Below, piece after piece: positions 61,213 through 64,000 of a stretch of DNA of 64,000 nt (the stretch's first letter is position 1; every line of letters starts with the position of its first letter). The notes beneath the pieces are model-generated. The model was not told where the DNA came from and searched no databases. It saw only the letters and a program-made list of their open reading frames with translations. This DNA comes from Alphaproteobacteria bacterium. GTDB lineage: Bacteria; Pseudomonadota; Alphaproteobacteria; SHVV01. A program made the translations under genes and the position numbers. The stretch spans positions 4,000,001 through 4,064,000 of the forward strand of contig OZ253470.1 in the NCBI GenBank assembly GCA_965261735.1, read 5' to 3'.

Positions 61213-62367
61213 ATGGCGTCGAACGTTTCCGCGATGCGGGCCGAGGACAGGTTCAACTTCGACCCCGAGCTCTCCTACACGCTGCCCGGCCACTACTACT
61301 ACGACCGAGAGATTTTCGAGCGCGAGAAGGAAGAGATCTGGTCCAAGACCTGGCAGCTGGTGGGCTATGGCGCGGATCTCAAGGAGCCGGGCGACTACAT
61401 CACCAACGATATCCTCGACCAAAAGGTGTTCGTGACGCGCGCCAAGGACGGGCGTTTGCGCGCCTTCTATAACGTGTGCATGCACCGCGGTCATATCCTG
61501 CTCGAGGGCAAGGGCAACGTGCGCATGATCACGTGCCCGTTCCACGCCTGGACCTACGACCTCGAGGGCAACCTCAAGGCGGCCGGCAATTCGGAGAACG
61601 TCGCCGGGTTCGACGCGGGCGATTTCTGCCTACCCGAGATCCAGGTCGAGGAGCTCCTCAACATGGTGTTCGTCAACCTCGATGCGCAAGCCGCGTCGCT
61701 CGCCAGCATGGTGCCGGGCTTCGCGGAGGACGTTCGCGCCACCGTTCCCTACTTCGACGAGCTCGTGCTCGCCCGACACGACGACTACGCCAACTTCAAA
61801 TGCAACTGGAAATTCATTCCTGACCAGAACGAGTGCTACCACTGCCCGCATCTGCACCCCGACGTGATGGGCTCGGAGGACTCGTACATGGAGCCGAGCT
61901 GGGAATCGACCGAATACGACTATTGGGCCAAGCACTTCATTCTCGGTAACCGCAACGTCAAGGAAGAGCACAAGCCTTACGACTTCGGTCCCGACGCCGT
62001 CCTCCTCGACGTCAACATCTGGTGGCTCTGGCCCAACCTCATCTTCCTCGCCCATCAGGGGCCGAGCAACTTCAAGGTCACGCGAGTCATGCCGGCGGAG
62101 CCGGAGGAGACCCATCAGACCATCGACAATTTCTGCCTCAACGCGACGCCCAACGCTTACGACGTCGGTACGATGGACAATTACCGTGACGTCGTCATGC
62201 CGCAGGACGTGAGCGCCATGGAGCGTCAGCAGCTCGGCGTCCACGCCCGCGGCTACACGCAGGGCCGTCTCATGGTCGACAAGGAACGCTCGTGGCGCAG
62301 CGAGTATGGCACCCACCACCTCGATCGGCTGGTGTGGCTCGCCGTCAATCGCCCGCGCAACGCGTAG
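61213..62367 (+). CDS. Rieske oxygenase alpha subunit, CntA/YeaW/choline monooxygenase-like
   Basis: FYNVCMHRGH...CPFHAW.Y.L.G.L, NWK...D..ECYHC..LHP, RGY.QGR.M.D......SE...HH. Confidence 0.88.
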   Translation: MASNVSAMRAEDRFNFDPELSYTLPGHYYYDREIFEREKEEIWSKTWQLVGYGADLKEPGDYITNDILDQKVFVTRAKDGRLRAFYNVCMHRGHILLEGKGNVRMITCPFHAWTYDLEGNLKAAGNSENVAGFDAGDFCLPEIQVEELLNMVFVNLDAQAASLASMVPGFAEDVRATVPYFDELVLARHDDYANFKCNWKFIPDQNECYHCPHLHPDVMGSEDSYMEPSWESTEYDYWAKHFILGNRNVKEEHKPYDFGPDAVLLDVNIWWLWPNLIFLAHQGPSNFKVTRVMPAEPEETHQTIDNFCLNATPNAYDVGTMDNYRDVVMPQDVSAMERQQLGVHARGYTQGRLMVDKERSWRSEYGTHHLDRLVWLAVNRPRNA

Positions 62368-62389
62368 ATTCGGATCAGGAGACCAAGCG

Positions 62390-63166
62390 ATGGCGCGGCG
62401 CGTGAAGCAGACCAAGAAAGTCGCGGTCGTCACCGGAGGCGGCACGGGCCTCGGTCGTGATGCCGCCAATCGGCTAACGCGCGACGGCTTTGCCGTCGCG
62501 GTCATCGGCCGGCGGGCGAACCGGCTGAAGCCGCGGCGCGGCGAGACGCTGCATCCCTACGTTTGCGACGTTGCCGAGGTCGGCGAGATCAAGGAAACGG
62601 TCAAGGGGATCCTGCGCGACCTCGGCCGTATCGACGTTCTGGTCAACAACGCCGGCGTGGTGCGCCGCGAGCTCGCCGAGGACGTCACGCAGGAGAACCT
62701 GAACTTCACCATTGGCGTCAACCTGCTCGGCACGATGAACTTCTCGCTCGCGTGCCTGCCCGCGCTGAAGAAGACCAAGGGCTCGATCATCAACATCAGC
62801 TCGAGCCTGACCTATTGCCCGGCTCCCGAATATCTCGCCTACTGCGCCTCGAAGGGCGGCGTCGATGCCTTCACCAAGGCGCTGGCGGTCGAGCTCGCGC
62901 CGCACCGCATCCGCGTCAACGCGATCAGCCCGTCGCTGGTGCGCAGCGAAATCTTCCAACCTGACGGGATGTCGAAGCGTGAGTACGACGCGAACTTCAA
63001 GCGGCTCGGCAAGACGTACTTTCTCCTGGGGCGCTCCGGCGAGCCCGAGGATGTCTCGGCCCTGATCTCGTATCTCGCCTCCGACGATTCGTCGTGGATG
63101 ACGGGGGTCAATATTCCGCTCGACGGCGGCGAGAGCGTCGGCTCCGCGTCCCGCTTCGCGGGGTGA
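62390..63166 (+). CDS. SDR oxidoreductase
   Basis: TGGGTGLG, NNAG, YCASK, RVNAISP, LDGG. Confidence 0.9.
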   Translation: MARRVKQTKKVAVVTGGGTGLGRDAANRLTRDGFAVAVIGRRANRLKPRRGETLHPYVCDVAEVGEIKETVKGILRDLGRIDVLVNNAGVVRRELAEDVTQENLNFTIGVNLLGTMNFSLACLPALKKTKGSIINISSSLTYCPAPEYLAYCASKGGVDAFTKALAVELAPHRIRVNAISPSLVRSEIFQPDGMSKREYDANFKRLGKTYFLLGRSGEPEDVSALISYLASDDSSWMTGVNIPLDGGESVGSASRFAG

Positions 63167-63187
63167 TCGCACGCGGCCAGCGCGGCG

Positions 63188-64000
63188 ATGCCGGAACTCC
63201 CCGACGTCACGGTCTACATCGAGAGCCTCGAGCGGCGCATCTCCGGGCGGGCGCTCGATGGGGTCCGCATCGCCAGCCCGTTTCTGTTGCGCTCGGTGGC
63301 GCCGCCGCTCTCGGCCGTGCGCGGAAAGCGCGTCCGCCGGCTTTTTCGCCTCGGCAAGCGCATCGTCATTGGCCTCGATGACGACCTTTTTCTCATCCTC
63401 CACCTGATGATCGCGGGCCGCCTTCACTGGGTTGCGCCCGGGGCCAAGCTCCCTGGCAAACGCGGTCTCGCCGCCTTCGATTTCGCCCATGGCACGCTGT
63501 CCTTCACCGAGGCCGGATCGAAGAGGAGGGCCTCGCTTTATCTCGTCGAGGGCGAATCCGCACTAGCCGCGCACGACCCCGGCGGAGTCGAGGTGCTGGA
63601 CATCGATCTCGAGACCTTCCGCCGCGTGCTCACGAGCGCCAATCACACGCTCAAACGGGCGCTCACCGACCCGCGCCTGTTCAGCGGCATCGGCAACGCC
63701 TACTCGGACGAGATCCTTCATCGCGCCCGGCTCTCGCCGCTCAAATGGACGCGCAAGCTAGATGCAGAGGAGAGTGCCCGGCTCCACGCGGCGGTGCGCG
63801 AGACGTTGGCCGACTGGATCGAGCGCCTGCGCACGGAGGCGGGCGAGGCTTTCCCCGAGAAGGTTACCGCCTTCCGTAAGGACATGGCCGTCCATGGTCG
63901 CTACGGCCAGCCCTGTCCGACCTGTGGCGCACCGGTGCAGCGCATCGTCTACGCCTCGACCGAGACGAATTATTGTGCGACTTGTCAGACTGGCGGCAAG
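63188..64000 (+). CDS. Fpg/Nei family DNA glycosylase (runs off the window end)
   Basis: Manual translation MPELPDV..Y, GKR, HLMIAGRL, LTDP..FSGIGNAYSDEIL..A.LSP, zinc finger CPTCG...NYCATCQTGGK. Confidence 0.9.
   Translation, partial: MPELPDVTVYIESLERRISGRALDGVRIASPFLLRSVAPPLSAVRGKRVRRLFRLGKRIVIGLDDDLFLILHLMIAGRLHWVAPGAKLPGKRGLAAFDFAHGTLSFTEAGSKRRASLYLVEGESALAAHDPGGVEVLDIDLETFRRVLTSANHTLKRALTDPRLFSGIGNAYSDEILHRARLSPLKWTRKLDAEESARLHAAVRETLADWIERLRTEAGEAFPEKVTAFRKDMAVHGRYGQPCPTCGAPVQRIVYASTETNYCATCQTGGK

Overview
GC-rich accessory/catabolic region, probably from an alphaproteobacterium (inferred from gene and repeat style). (1) Bases 1-8.2 kb are decayed. They hold an IS630 end, an IS256 sitting between two truncated secreted-protein genes that share an intact sigma-54/IHF/double-enhancer promoter layout (PEP-CTERM/PrsR-type), and an orphan PEP-CTERM tail. 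(2) Two small AT-richer cassette-like islands (5960-8189, 21634-23604) each start at a host TAG stop codon, end in related imperfect inverted repeats, and carry about ten copies of a ~28-bp palindrome (ATGTCCGCT-N-AGCGGACAT) that separates single foreign ORFs. No recombinase for them is in the window; this is the most unusual feature. (3) A large catabolic gene set: three Rieske oxygenase alpha subunits (two NagG/AndAc-like with beta subunits, one CntA/YeaW-like), one ferredoxin and reductase, an extradiol-type VOC enzyme, three amidohydrolase-2 proteins, five alpha/beta hydrolases, two RidA, TauD, amidase, SDRs, a HpaB/4-HBD-family flavoprotein, frmA, Dpp-type and Liv-type ABC importers, a fused full-length ABC transporter next to a ROX-like JmjC oxygenase, and ArsR and Crp regulators. 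(4) Two IS256 and two IS1595 copies, none with target duplications, plus many nonsense, frameshift and in-frame deletion lesions. No tRNA, rRNA or CRISPR array was recognised. All calls come from reading motifs by eye; no database search was run.
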